The notes beneath the pieces were generated by a model. That model made no database searches. It was not told where the DNA came from and was given only the letters and a program-made list of their open reading frames with translations. A program made the position numbers and the translations under genes. A DNA stretch of 64,000 bases from an uncultured virus (IMG/VR IMGVR_UViG_3300006155_000009) (lineage: Duplodnaviria; Heunggongvirae; Uroviricota; Caudoviricetes), in IMG/VR virus record IMGVR_UViG_3300006155_000009. The stretch is one strand, 5' to 3'. Of the stretch, positions 1-7,514 are shown piece by piece. Within the stretch, counting starts at the first letter, position 1, and each line of letters starts with the position of its first letter.

Positions 1-64
1 GGCGTGCCCCGGCGACTACATCTACCAGCGGCTCGGCGACATCGCCGCGAAGGTGAACGCCAAG
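1..64 (+). repeat. 64-bp direct repeat identical to 63802-63865
   Basis: GGCGTGCCCC...GAACGCCAAG is identical at both ends, then the two sequences diverge. Confidence 0.95.
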
Positions 65-316
65 CTGGGGGCCACTGGCGCGGCCCCGGTACAGCCCTCC
101 GCTCCCGTGAGCAGTGTTCCCTATAAGGTCCGCATCACCGCCGCCGATCTGCGCATCCGCAAGGGCCCCGGCACCAACACCGCCATCGTCCAGAACGCCA
201 TCACCCCCGGCGTCTACACCATCGTCAGCGAGGCCACCGGCCAGGGTGCCACACTCTGGGGCAAGCTGAAGTCCGGCCAGGGCTGGGTGTCGCTGGACTT
301 CTGCAAGAAAATTTGA
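2..316 (+). CDS. Endolysin C-terminal part (end of amidase + SH3b-like cell-wall-binding domain), 5' truncated
   Basis: Frame reads ACPGDYIYQRLGDIAAKVNAK..PYKVRITAADLRIRKGPGTN..WGKLKSGQGWVSLDF; matches the end of the amidase at 63802. Confidence 0.85.
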   Translation, partial: ACPGDYIYQRLGDIAAKVNAKLGATGAAPVQPSAPVSSVPYKVRITAADLRIRKGPGTNTAIVQNAITPGVYTIVSEATGQGATLWGKLKSGQGWVSLDFCKKI

Positions 317-329
317 GGAGGAAAACATC

Positions 330-902
330 ATGAACGAATTCCTGTCCACTCTGTTGCAGGCCGTCATCATCGCGGCCGTCCCCATCTGCGCTGGTGCCGC
401 CGTCAAGGGCGTCCGGGCCGCCGTCCAGTACCTTGCCTCCAAGTCGGAGAGCGAGATCGCCAAGAAGTATCTGACGGACGTGGCCGACGCCATCAGCACA
501 GCCGTCACCTACACCAGCCAGACCTATGTGGATGCGTTGAAGAACAGCGGCAAGTTCACCAAGGAGAACCAGGAGGAGGCTCTCAAGAAAGCGGTGGAGC
601 AGGCTGAGAAGCTGCTGACCGCCGAGGCCCGCAGCTTCCTGGAGAAAGCCTACGGAGATCTGAACGCCTACCTGGTCAGTAAGATTGAGGCCGAGGTCCG
701 GGTACAGAAGCAGCAGGGTAACACCATCACGCTGGGCGAGCCGTTCACCGCCGAGCTGAAGGAGGCCCCCGACGTGACCACCGTGGCTGCCGCCACCGCC
801 GCGGCGACCGCTGCCGCCGTGGTTCAGAGAGCTATCCCCCAGACAGCCCCCACCGGCACCCCTGACAGCCCCCAGGAGGGCGGGGTGGCCCCGGCAGTAT
901 AA
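330..902 (+). CDS. Putative holin (LL-H-like)
   Basis: RBS GAGGAGG, N-terminal hydrophobic helix, IEAEVR motif, adjacent to endolysin. Confidence 0.65.
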   Translation: MNEFLSTLLQAVIIAAVPICAGAAVKGVRAAVQYLASKSESEIAKKYLTDVADAISTAVTYTSQTYVDALKNSGKFTKENQEEALKKAVEQAEKLLTAEARSFLEKAYGDLNAYLVSKIEAEVRVQKQQGNTITLGEPFTAELKEAPDVTTVAAATAAATAAAVVQRAIPQTAPTGTPDSPQEGGVAPAV

Positions 903-962
903 ATCGCGTCCACACCTCTGCTCCCCGTCTGTGGGTCGGGAAACGGCGGACGTGGCCGCAGT

Positions 963-1002
963 AAGCCCCCTTGCAGGTTTCGGCCTGCGAGGGGGCTTTT
1001 TC
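963..1002 (+). terminator. Rho-independent terminator of the late/lysis operon
   Basis: AAGCCCCCTTGCAGG-loop-CCTGCGAGGGGGCTT followed by a T-run. Confidence 0.8.
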
Positions 1003-1010
1003 GTTTGCGG

Positions 1011-1036
1011 CAAATTCCCAGACGTTTGGGATTTTG
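1011..1036. repeat. 26-bp palindrome copy 1 (CAAATTCCCAGACGTTTGGGATTTTG)
   Basis: Related copies at 12274, 21356, 26043. Confidence 0.85.
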
Positions 1037-1054
1037 GGTTGAATCAATGCCGGT

Positions 1055-1261
1055 TCATCTGGTGGTCTTGCCGACCCAAACCTGGTATCCCATCACCGTT
1101 TTAATTTCGGTTGCTTTGAAATCCCTGGCATCCCTTTCAGTGTTTTGCCGCACCCGGAGAATTGCGTCCTTTGAATCTGTGCCTACCGCCAGGGTTTTGT
1201 GGCCATGTAAGCCGGAAAAAGAATCGTTCCAGGTGTTAAAAGTTACTTCATACAGTTTCAT
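1055..1261 (-). CDS. Hypothetical protein (68 aa)
   Basis: GGAGG RBS; lies downstream of composite promoter copy A. Confidence 0.7.
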   Translation of the reverse strand: MKLYEVTFNTWNDSFSGLHGHKTLAVGTDSKDAILRVRQNTERDARDFKATEIKTVMGYQVWVGKTTR

Positions 1262-1284
1262 TATCCAATCCTCCATTTTGTTCT

Positions 1285-1383
1285 CCCTTTCGGTATGGAC
1301 ATATTCGCTCTAAATGTGGATAATAGCAAGTCAATTCTAAGAATAAACTACATAATTCCACTCCGGCATATTTGTGTAGTTTA
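1285..1383 (-). promoter_or_regulatory. Composite promoter motif copy A
   Basis: TACACAA-16-TTATGTAGTTTA-13-CTTGCTA-12-AGAGCGAATATGT..ACCGAAAGGG. Confidence 0.8.
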
Positions 1384-1473
1384 CGTGGCCATAGCTCAGG
1401 GGTGCGGCCCGCTTGCCATGATGTTGTACGAGAGCAAGCCCCCTCTGGGGCTTGGCTTTCGGCTGGGGGTGGT

Positions 1474-1812
1474 TTACCGCCCGGTGCGGCATTCCCATTC
1501 GAACTCGGCGTAGGCTTCGTAGTCGTCCCGGAACCTTTCGTCGTCGTCGATGGACTCGTAGTCGTAGTCGATTCCAAGGAGCTCCTCAAAGGTGGTGCCT
1601 TTCCCGGTGGCGGCTTCCTTGGCGAAGTCCTCAGCGTTTTCCTTGACCCAAGCTTTGAATTCGGAATCCGTCATGTCCTCGTTCTCGATCTCCACTTCGT
1701 ACTCCCATTCGGCATCTGCCCAGGTGATGGTCGCTTTGGAAATCCGCTCCTCTGCGTTCCAGTCGCTCTTGCTGGCCTTTGCCCTGCTTAATGCCTGTGC
1801 GTAGCTGATCAT
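1474..1812 (-). CDS. Highly acidic small hypothetical protein (112 aa)
   Basis: GGAGG RBS; about 32 Asp/Glu residues. Confidence 0.8.
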   Translation of the reverse strand: MISYAQALSRAKASKSDWNAEERISKATITWADAEWEYEVEIENEDMTDSEFKAWVKENAEDFAKEAATGKGTTFEELLGIDYDYESIDDDERFRDDYEAYAEFEWECRTGR

Positions 1813-1838
1813 TTTTCGTTCCTCCGTTTTTCGTGTGT

Positions 1839-1939
1839 TCCCTTTCGGTAGTGTATTAATCACTCTAAAGCGGAGAAATAGCAAGACAATCCTGAGCATA
1901 AACTACACAAAGACAGGGGCTGGAAACTGTGTAGATTTA
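1839..1939 (-). promoter_or_regulatory. Composite promoter motif copy B
   Basis: TACACAG-16-TTGTGTAGTTTA-13-CTTGCTA-12-AGAGTGATTAATAC..ACCGAAAGGG. Confidence 0.8.
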
Positions 1940-1999
1940 CAGTGCCAAAAGCCGGGCGCAACGGCACCCGGCTCCCCAGAGGGGCGGCTGTGTTCCACC

Positions 2000-2572
2000 T
2001 TAATGCAGGCGGTAGACCTTGTTTCTGTACTTGACGGCGTAGGTGCCGCTGTACTTGCTGACCGTGACGTCGGCCTCGCAGATGCGCTTGACATTGAATT
2101 CCCGGCGGATGATGCGCTTGGCAATCTCCATGGCCTTGGCGGTGATGTCCTCGGTCTTGCTGTCCTGGTGCTTGGCAATGTACCGCTGGAACCGCAGCTG
2201 CTGGGCGGCGGTTGCTTCTTCCTGCGTTCCGTAGAACTTCCCGTGGTGGCGATCCGCCCCGATCTCATAGAAGCGTTCCCGGCTGATGATGTCGAGTCTG
2301 TTGTTCCAGAGGGTGCAGTAGTCGCTCTCGCAGTTCGGGATGACCTCGCTGTCCGCCCGGCCCACGATGATCTCCAGGCCCTCGATGGAAAGCTTGCCCC
2401 ATTCGTGGAAGGTTTCGACCAGGATGCGGATGACCTCGGTGCCGTTGGTGAGGTCGATGTGCGCATAGTCGCCCTGGCTGCCGCCCATGGTGCGGGTGTT
2501 GATGGTGTACCCATTAGCCAGGTACTCGGCGATGATGGCGGTGTACTTCTTGTTGATGTCAGCGTATTTCAT
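2000..2572 (-). CDS. Hypothetical protein (190 aa)
   Basis: AGAAAGGA RBS; phage-like codon usage. Confidence 0.8.
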   Translation of the reverse strand: MKYADINKKYTAIIAEYLANGYTINTRTMGGSQGDYAHIDLTNGTEVIRILVETFHEWGKLSIEGLEIIVGRADSEVIPNCESDYCTLWNNRLDIISRERFYEIGADRHHGKFYGTQEEATAAQQLRFQRYIAKHQDSKTEDITAKAMEIAKRIIRREFNVKRICEADVTVSKYSGTYAVKYRNKVYRLH

Positions 2573-2619
2573 TTCAAAATCCTTTCTGCCCATAGCCTCT
2601 GGGGTGGGCACTTCGTTTG

Positions 2620-2776
2620 CCTCTCGGTAGTGTATTAATCACTCTGAACCAAGATAATAGCAAGTCATTTTTGAGAATAAACTACACAATTTCAAACGGT
2701 CATGTTTGTGTAGATTTCGCCCCAGAATGCCTTGCTATTTCCTTTGTTCAGAGCGAATATGTGTGTACCGAAAGGG
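2620..2776. promoter_or_regulatory. Back-to-back composite promoter copies C (-) and D (+) sharing one inverted repeat
   Basis: Central TAAACTACACAA-16-TTGTGTAGATTT, with 13-CTTGCTA-12-AGAG(T/C)GA on each side. Confidence 0.85.
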
Positions 2777-2802
2777 AAAACAGACAAACGGAGGGCAACA
2801 GC

Positions 2803-2982
2803 ATGAAAACGAAATTTTACCTCAACGGCAAGAAAACCACCCGCAAGGCCATCCAGGAGCAGCTTGGGGCGGATTGGCTGGCCCGGATGCTGAAAGAAGC
2901 GAAAGAAACCTTCCTGGCTGACCCGCTGACCCAGAACGATTTCTTCATTGGGAACGGGATGCTGACCATCGCCTTTGAATGA
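2803..2982 (+). CDS. Hypothetical protein (59 aa)
   Basis: GGAGG RBS; MKTKFYLNGKK... Confidence 0.75.
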   Translation: MKTKFYLNGKKTTRKAIQEQLGADWLARMLKEAKETFLADPLTQNDFFIGNGMLTIAFE

Positions 2983-3268
2983 GCCAGCGAGACCGGGGGC
3001 AGGGCCGCAAGGCCCTGTTTGCCGTTTGTGGCCCCGTGTGGCGCGCCCTCTGGGTGGATGGGCGTTTATCCCTCCGCCACCGCTGAGGCCCACTGTGGCC
3101 AGCGACATGGGGCGGTGTGACCGCTTCCTGTTCTGTTTTCAAGGTGCTTATATCAACGGGGCGGCGATTGACTCCCCCGGTGCCGATGGGTAGACCCATG
3201 AGCGCCCGCCCCGGTGGGGGCGGCTGGACTTGCACCAGCGGCGGCGAATGCCGTCGGCCTTGCGGGCG

Positions 3269-3406
3269 TTAGTTTTCTTCCTGCTCCGCTGGTTCGTAAG
3301 TATCGCAGCCAGCTACGGAAATGTTTACGGCCTCCCCGCCGTAAGAGCAATGACCGTCAAGCCAGAACTCACAATCGGAACGGATGCATTTAATTTCAAG
3401 CATCAT
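3269..3406 (-). CDS. Small Cys-rich hypothetical protein (45 aa)
   Basis: AGAAAGGA RBS within the repeated hairpin module. Confidence 0.55.
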   Translation of the reverse strand: MMLEIKCIRSDCEFWLDGHCSYGGEAVNISVAGCDTYEPAEQEEN

Positions 3407-3602
3407 ACTTTTTCCTTTCTGCCCTCGTGACCTCCAGGGCGGAGTTTTCAATACTGAAATTTTTCAGCGTATATTTCCCGTCCCCTCCCTTTTTGCATCC
3501 GCAAAGAGAATCGATTGCTGTTACCCAATGTAGCGTACAAATTCCAATGGAGCCAGGTTGCTTGTGATGTCGGAGAAATTTACAGTTATAGCACTTTCCC
3601 AT
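3396..3602 (-). CDS. Small Cys-rich hypothetical protein
   Basis: CYNCKF..C..C pattern; overlaps its neighbours. Confidence 0.45.
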   Translation of the reverse strand: MGKCYNCKFLRHHKQPGSIGICTLHWVTAIDSLCGCKKGGDGKYTLKNFSIENSALEVTRAERKKYDA

Positions 3603-3820
3603 TGACTTACCCCCCCGGTGACTTCGCGGACTACTTTACGGATAAGTCCGAAACGATCAAGAGTGGTCCAGGAATCAAACAGGGTCACAACATGACCAGC
3701 CATAGGGGGATACTGGGAAATATGCTGGTCAAATTCTTCTGGTGCGGAATAGCTGAATGTGCATATGAGCTTTCCATTCCTATCTCGCTCAGTTCCTTGA
3801 TAACGCTTCTCAAAGTACAT
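3521..3820 (-). CDS. Hypothetical protein
   Basis: AAAGGAG RBS within the repeated hairpin module. Confidence 0.55.
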   Translation of the reverse strand: MYFEKRYQGTERDRNGKLICTFSYSAPEEFDQHISQYPPMAGHVVTLFDSWTTLDRFGLIRKVVREVTGGVSQWESAITVNFSDITSNLAPLEFVRYIG

Positions 3821-3827
3821 TTTCGCA

Positions 3828-3857
3828 CTCCTTTGCCCTCGTGACCTCCGGGGCGGG
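3828..3857 (-). repeat. Intergenic hairpin/RBS module CCCGCCCCGGAGGTCACGAGGGCAAAGGAG (also 3414-3442; degenerate 2581-2608)
   Basis: Direct sequence comparison of the three sites. Confidence 0.8.
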
Positions 3858-3864
3858 CCTCGTA

Positions 3865-4461
3865 TCAATCGTAGAAGGGGCGGAGCTGGCCGTTCCAGCA
3901 CTCCCACCAGTTGCGCCCGACGTTGAACCGGATGTAGTGGTAGTCCGTGGCGCAGTAGACTGGGCGGCGGTCGATTTTCTTCCCAGTCCGGCGGAGCTGG
4001 TGGTGCCGGTTGACCTCGTACTCGTCAATCTCATGCAGGATCGTAATCTTGCTTCGGTCAAAGCCGAATTCGCTGCAAACCCAATCCAGGGCCTCGGCAT
4101 CGGTCATGTAACGCGCTGCGCCACCTGGGACGCTCTCGGCCAGTTCAGCGTAATCCGCCTGGGCAATGTTGTGGGTGTCCTCGTAGGGTTTCCACTCCTG
4201 CTCTCGCTCCAGCTCCTTCTTCAGGCGCTCAATTTCGATGTCGCGGCGGGTGATCTCGGCGGCCTGGGCATTCTGCGCTTTGAAGGTGGCCATGTTGACC
4301 TCGCGCTGGATGCGCTCGGCGATCCCGTCGGCGTTCTTCTTGTAAGCCTTGCAGAAGGCGTCCTTGTCGCCGTCGAAGTCCATGTAGGCCCGTTCGATGG
4401 CCTCATACTGTACCTGCGTGGGGTAGAAGCCGGTGCGCTCCTCAAATTCCTCGATCATCAT
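3865..4461 (-). CDS. Hypothetical protein (198 aa)
   Basis: AAGGAGG RBS; strong codon bias. Confidence 0.85.
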   Translation of the reverse strand: MMIEEFEERTGFYPTQVQYEAIERAYMDFDGDKDAFCKAYKKNADGIAERIQREVNMATFKAQNAQAAEITRRDIEIERLKKELEREQEWKPYEDTHNIAQADYAELAESVPGGAARYMTDAEALDWVCSEFGFDRSKITILHEIDEYEVNRHHQLRRTGKKIDRRPVYCATDYHYIRFNVGRNWWECWNGQLRPFYD

Positions 4462-4583
4462 AATCGATTGCCTCCTTGATTTTTTTGCCTTACTTTGTTA
4501 TCATGGAGGCGGCCGGGTAAGGCTCCCGGTCGCCCCTCTGGGGTTGGGTGGCGGTTGTCCTTGGTCGGGGGCCGCCGCCCTTT

Positions 4584-4727
4584 TTACTTGCTGACCGTCA
4601 TCGCTTCGAGCTTTTTGACCAACTCATCCAGGTCTTTGCAGCTCCGGGCCAGTTCGAGCAGCTGGAGCCTTTCGGCTTCCCGTGCCAGCTTTTCAATGAC
4701 CTCGGCGGCGTTTGCCATTTCGTCCAC
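4584..4727 (-). CDS. Small helical hypothetical protein (47 aa, not in ORF track)
   Basis: MDEMANAAEVIEKLAREAERLQLLELARSCKDLDELVKKLEAMTVSK; AAAGGAAG RBS; first gene after the leftward promoter. Confidence 0.65.
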   Translation of the reverse strand: MDEMANAAEVIEKLAREAERLQLLELARSCKDLDELVKKLEAMTVSK

Positions 4728-4777
4728 GTCCTCACTTCCTTTCGTAAGGGGCTGGCCGCCCCTGCCTTACAAGTATC

Positions 4778-4877
4778 AGTATAAACTAAACGGTTGAAAA
4801 TGTCAACCCTTTATTTTAACTTTTTCGTGGAAATTTGAAAAATTTTATTTGACTTTTGAAAAGGTTTAGTTTATACT
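4778..4877. promoter_or_regulatory. Divergent sigma-A promoters with a shared 14-bp operator-like sequence
   Basis: Leftward TTGACA(4806-4801)-17-TATACT; rightward TTGACT(4849)-17-TATACT(4872); AGTATAAACTAAAC 4778-4791 is inverted at 4864-4877. Confidence 0.8.
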
Positions 4878-4898
4878 CTGGCATATGGAGGTGAGGCT

Positions 4899-5108
4899 AT
4901 GACAGCACGCCAGATTGTCGAGATGGCCACGGGGTATTGTGGGGTATCGAACTCCGAGCTTGCCCGGCGCCTTGGCTGGTCTCCGCAGCTGTTGAACAAA
5001 CGGCTGAACACGGGGAAGTTCACAGTGGAGGAATGGGAGAAGATTGGGGAGGCCCTTGGAGCAACAGCGGGGGTCAGGTTCAAGTTCCCGGATGGCACAG
5101 AAATTTGA
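4899..5108 (+). CDS. XRE-family HTH transcriptional regulator
   Basis: SNSELARRLGWSPQLLNKRLNTGKFT HTH; GGAGGTG RBS. Confidence 0.85.
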   Translation: MTARQIVEMATGYCGVSNSELARRLGWSPQLLNKRLNTGKFTVEEWEKIGEALGATAGVRFKFPDGTEI

Positions 5109-5461
5109 TCCCTGCAAAAAGAAAGCCCGGACGCCAGGTGAGCGTCCGGGAGGGGAGAGCAGGGGCATATTCCATTTTAAGCAGGGAGGCCGTGCCGGGT
5201 CTCTCTGCTTTTTTCTGTCCATGTACAGCCCCCGCGCCCATCCAGGCCCGCCAAGCCCGATGGACAGTGAAATCCTAATCAAGCCGCTCTCCTTATGGCC
5301 GGAGTATAGCACGGGCGGTCTGCTGATTCTGTTAAAAAATGGGGGATTGGATGCACCCACCTATGCACCCCAAAACTCCGTTTTAAGGGCTATGCACCCC
5401 GGATGCACCCCAATTATTCTTGTTTTTCTTGGCCCTGTTTTGTCAGACTTTGCTACATGGA

Positions 5462-5494
5462 AAAACCCCGGAACCGTTGCGGCTCCGGGGTTTT
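5462..5494. terminator. Terminator following the rpsI 3' fragment
   Basis: AAAACCCCGGA-11-TCCGGGGTTTT inverted repeat. Confidence 0.75.
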
Positions 5495-5503
5495 GCAGGA
5501 ATA

Positions 5504-5557
5504 TCAACGCTTGGAGAACTGAGGCGCGCGGCGGGCGGCTTTGAGGCCGTACTTCTT
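5504..5557 (-). pseudogene. rpsI: 3' fragment of 30S ribosomal protein S9 gene (replacement end carried in attP)
   Basis: Minus strand translates KKYGLKAARRAPQFSKR*, the conserved S9 C-terminus. Confidence 0.9.
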
Positions 5558-5642
5558 GCACCCTATCCAGAAAAATGGCCTATTTTCAAGCGTTTTACGG
5601 GATTGTTCTGAAAATGCACCCCGATATGCACCCCAAAAACCG

Positions 5643-6839
5643 CTATTTTGGATTGTTCGCAAATGCCTGGTTGACCTTCGAGATTAGATCCTTCGGTTGG
5701 TTATAGGTCAGGTGTGCGTAGATGTCCAGCGTGATTTTGGCGTGCTCATGGCCAGCCAGCACCTGCACCGTCTTGACGTCGACGCCGGCCAGGAGCAGGT
5801 TCGTGATATAGGTGTGCCGGAGCTGATGGGGCGTCACCTCAAAATCGATGCTGTACACCACATCGCTGTTGTGGGCGGCCCGCTCCCCCAGCACGGGTGT
5901 CACGGTATGCGGGATTTTCTGGCCGTTGACATAACGATAGTATGTCCGCTCCCTGACGGTGCGGGTTCGCACATACCCCCACACCCGACGCCACTGTGTT
6001 TCGGACAGCGCCCCACCGTCCCGATTGGCAATCACAAAATCGGAGGTGGACTTCTCCTTGATGTCCTTCAAGCATTCCACCAGCTGGAGCGGGATGGGGA
6101 TCGTCCTCTTTGCCGCCTTCGTCTTCAGGTCGGTCAGGATGACCGGCCTGTTGTGTTCTGTGTGCCAGGCCCGGCAAACGGTGATGTGCGGGGCGTCCCC
6201 CTCAAGGAAGACGCTGTCCCACTGGAGGGCCAGGGCCTCCTCCCGGCGCAGGCCGGAGTAAAGGCACAGCATGATAAATGGATAGGGCGGCAGGCCCCGG
6301 ACCGCGTCCAGGAGGGTGGTGACTTGCTCATCGGTGAGGGCTTTCTTCTCCTTCGGAGTTTTTCCGCCGCGGGGGTTTAGATTCTTGCAGGGAGACTCAT
6401 CAATAATGTGGCTCTCCAATGCGGAGCCGAAGATCATCTTGTAGAGCATCTGCACTCCCCGGTAGATTGAAGCTGACTGTGCAGCGGCCTTGTTGATGGC
6501 CATCTTCACATCGTCCGGGGTAACCTCGGCCATGTACTTTTTCCCCAGCGGCTCTATGATATAAATCTTGACCTTGGAGGTGTAGTCCACGAGGGTGGTC
6601 GTGCGGACATGGGAGCCGTGCATGGCGAGCCACTTGGTGGCGTACTCCTCCACGGTTGGGTTATCCCGGTGATAGACGTCCTCCTCGATCTCCCGCTGGA
6701 CGGCGGCGATTTTTTCCGTCAACTCCTCTGGCGTCTTGGCGTAAAGGGAGATACGCCGTCCGTCCGGCCCCTTGATCCGTTTCCTATACTCACCTCGGCT
6801 TGCAACAAATCCATAGGTAGGTTTTTTGGGTCGAGCCAT
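5643..6839 (-). CDS. int: Tyrosine integrase
   Basis: SGLRREE, HQLRHTY, LAGH..TLDIY catalytic motifs. Confidence 0.95.
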   Translation of the reverse strand: MARPKKPTYGFVASRGEYRKRIKGPDGRRISLYAKTPEELTEKIAAVQREIEEDVYHRDNPTVEEYATKWLAMHGSHVRTTTLVDYTSKVKIYIIEPLGKKYMAEVTPDDVKMAINKAAAQSASIYRGVQMLYKMIFGSALESHIIDESPCKNLNPRGGKTPKEKKALTDEQVTTLLDAVRGLPPYPFIMLCLYSGLRREEALALQWDSVFLEGDAPHITVCRAWHTEHNRPVILTDLKTKAAKRTIPIPLQLVECLKDIKEKSTSDFVIANRDGGALSETQWRRVWGYVRTRTVRERTYYRYVNGQKIPHTVTPVLGERAAHNSDVVYSIDFEVTPHQLRHTYITNLLLAGVDVKTVQVLAGHEHAKITLDIYAHLTYNQPKDLISKVNQAFANNPK

Positions 6840-7000
6840 GGGGACACCTCCCTTCGTTTTTGAAAAAAACAGAAAAAAGTGGGAATTTCAAAAAATTTTG
6901 CAGTCCAGCTCCTTATTTCAGCAGAAACGGACGGATTTTTATGGTATAATTCATTATGCGCAAATACATACCTTGACGCCGGGGTGGAAAGGATCGAACG

Positions 7001-7144
7001 ATGACAAAAGCCGAAGCGGAGCAGCTGGTACAGTCTCTCACGCTGGATGAGAAGTTGCGTCTTGATGAACTGCTGTCCTCTCTCATGCAGGCCCGTCAAC
7101 CCCAGCCCTCCACGACTGTGGAGAAATCTGAATTGAGGTCATGA
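7001..7144 (+). CDS. Small hypothetical protein (47 aa, not in ORF track)
   Basis: MTKAEAEQLVQSLTLDEKLRL...; AAAGGA RBS; extended -10 TGGTATAAT at 6942-6950. Confidence 0.55.
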   Translation: MTKAEAEQLVQSLTLDEKLRLDELLSSLMQARQPQPSTTVEKSELRS

Positions 7145-7148
7145 AAAT

Positions 7149-7370
7149 ATGAAAAGCCCATTAAAACAACGAGCGGAAAAACTCCAGGACGAACTCAATG
7201 ATGTCATGGATATGCTCAAGAAAGAGGGTCAGAGCGACGGTGAACGCCGCTACAAGAAAATCATGGCGGAAGCTGTGTTTCTTATCCTTTTCCGCCTTGA
7301 TTTCATCGGCACGGCGGTTCTCGTTATACTCGGCATGGTACTCGGTCACATCCTGAGCAATGCCTTTTAG
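7149..7370 (+). CDS. Small membrane protein (antisense-overlapping)
   Basis: GAGG RBS; hydrophobic C-terminus; follows the 7001 ORF. Confidence 0.4.
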   Translation: MKSPLKQRAEKLQDELNDVMDMLKKEGQSDGERRYKKIMAEAVFLILFRLDFIGTAVLVILGMVLGHILSNAF

Positions 7371-7514
7371 CTCACCCACAACATGGTTTGGAGCAAGCTC
7401 GGCCTGTAAAGGCTCTACGGGCCGGCATTCTGCCTGCGCCTTTTGAAATAGACGTAGTTCCTCATCTGCTTCAACCTGTGCCTTTGCAAGCTCGTTCAGC
7501 TCATCGAGATCCAT
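7161..7514 (-). CDS. Membrane-anchored protein of the immunity operon
   Basis: Start overlaps the cI 3' end; GGAGG RBS; C-terminal hydrophobic segment. Confidence 0.6.
   Translation of the reverse strand: MDLDELNELAKAQVEADEELRLFQKAQAECRPVEPLQAELAPNHVVGELKGIAQDVTEYHAEYNENRRADEIKAEKDKKHSFRHDFLVAAFTVALTLFLEHIHDIIEFVLEFFRSLF

Larger units (their letters stand above)
5351..5634. other. attP-like site: integrase arm repeats flanking the core
   Basis: Six ATGCACCC repeats in three pairs (5351, 5363; 5392, 5403; 5614, 5626) around the rpsI fragment, immediately downstream of the integrase. Confidence 0.85.

Noticed and set aside
3206..3223. Second DGR target, because the hairpin resembles the one after VR
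   Set aside because: No TR-like sequence next to it on either strand. I saw no second VR by eye; a TR self-alignment would settle it.
3223..3239. tRNA gene suggested by a T-arm-like GGTGCAAGTCC
   Set aside because: No D-arm/anticodon geometry or correctly placed acceptor stem; kept only as a structured-RNA candidate.
1285..3857. CRISPR array or mini-array from the repeated motifs
   Set aside because: Repeats are degenerate, separated by whole genes rather than 30-40 bp spacers, and no cas genes are present.
5504..5557. Phage-encoded functional ribosomal protein S9
   Set aside because: Only 17 codons, with no start or upstream S9 sequence; it is an att fragment.
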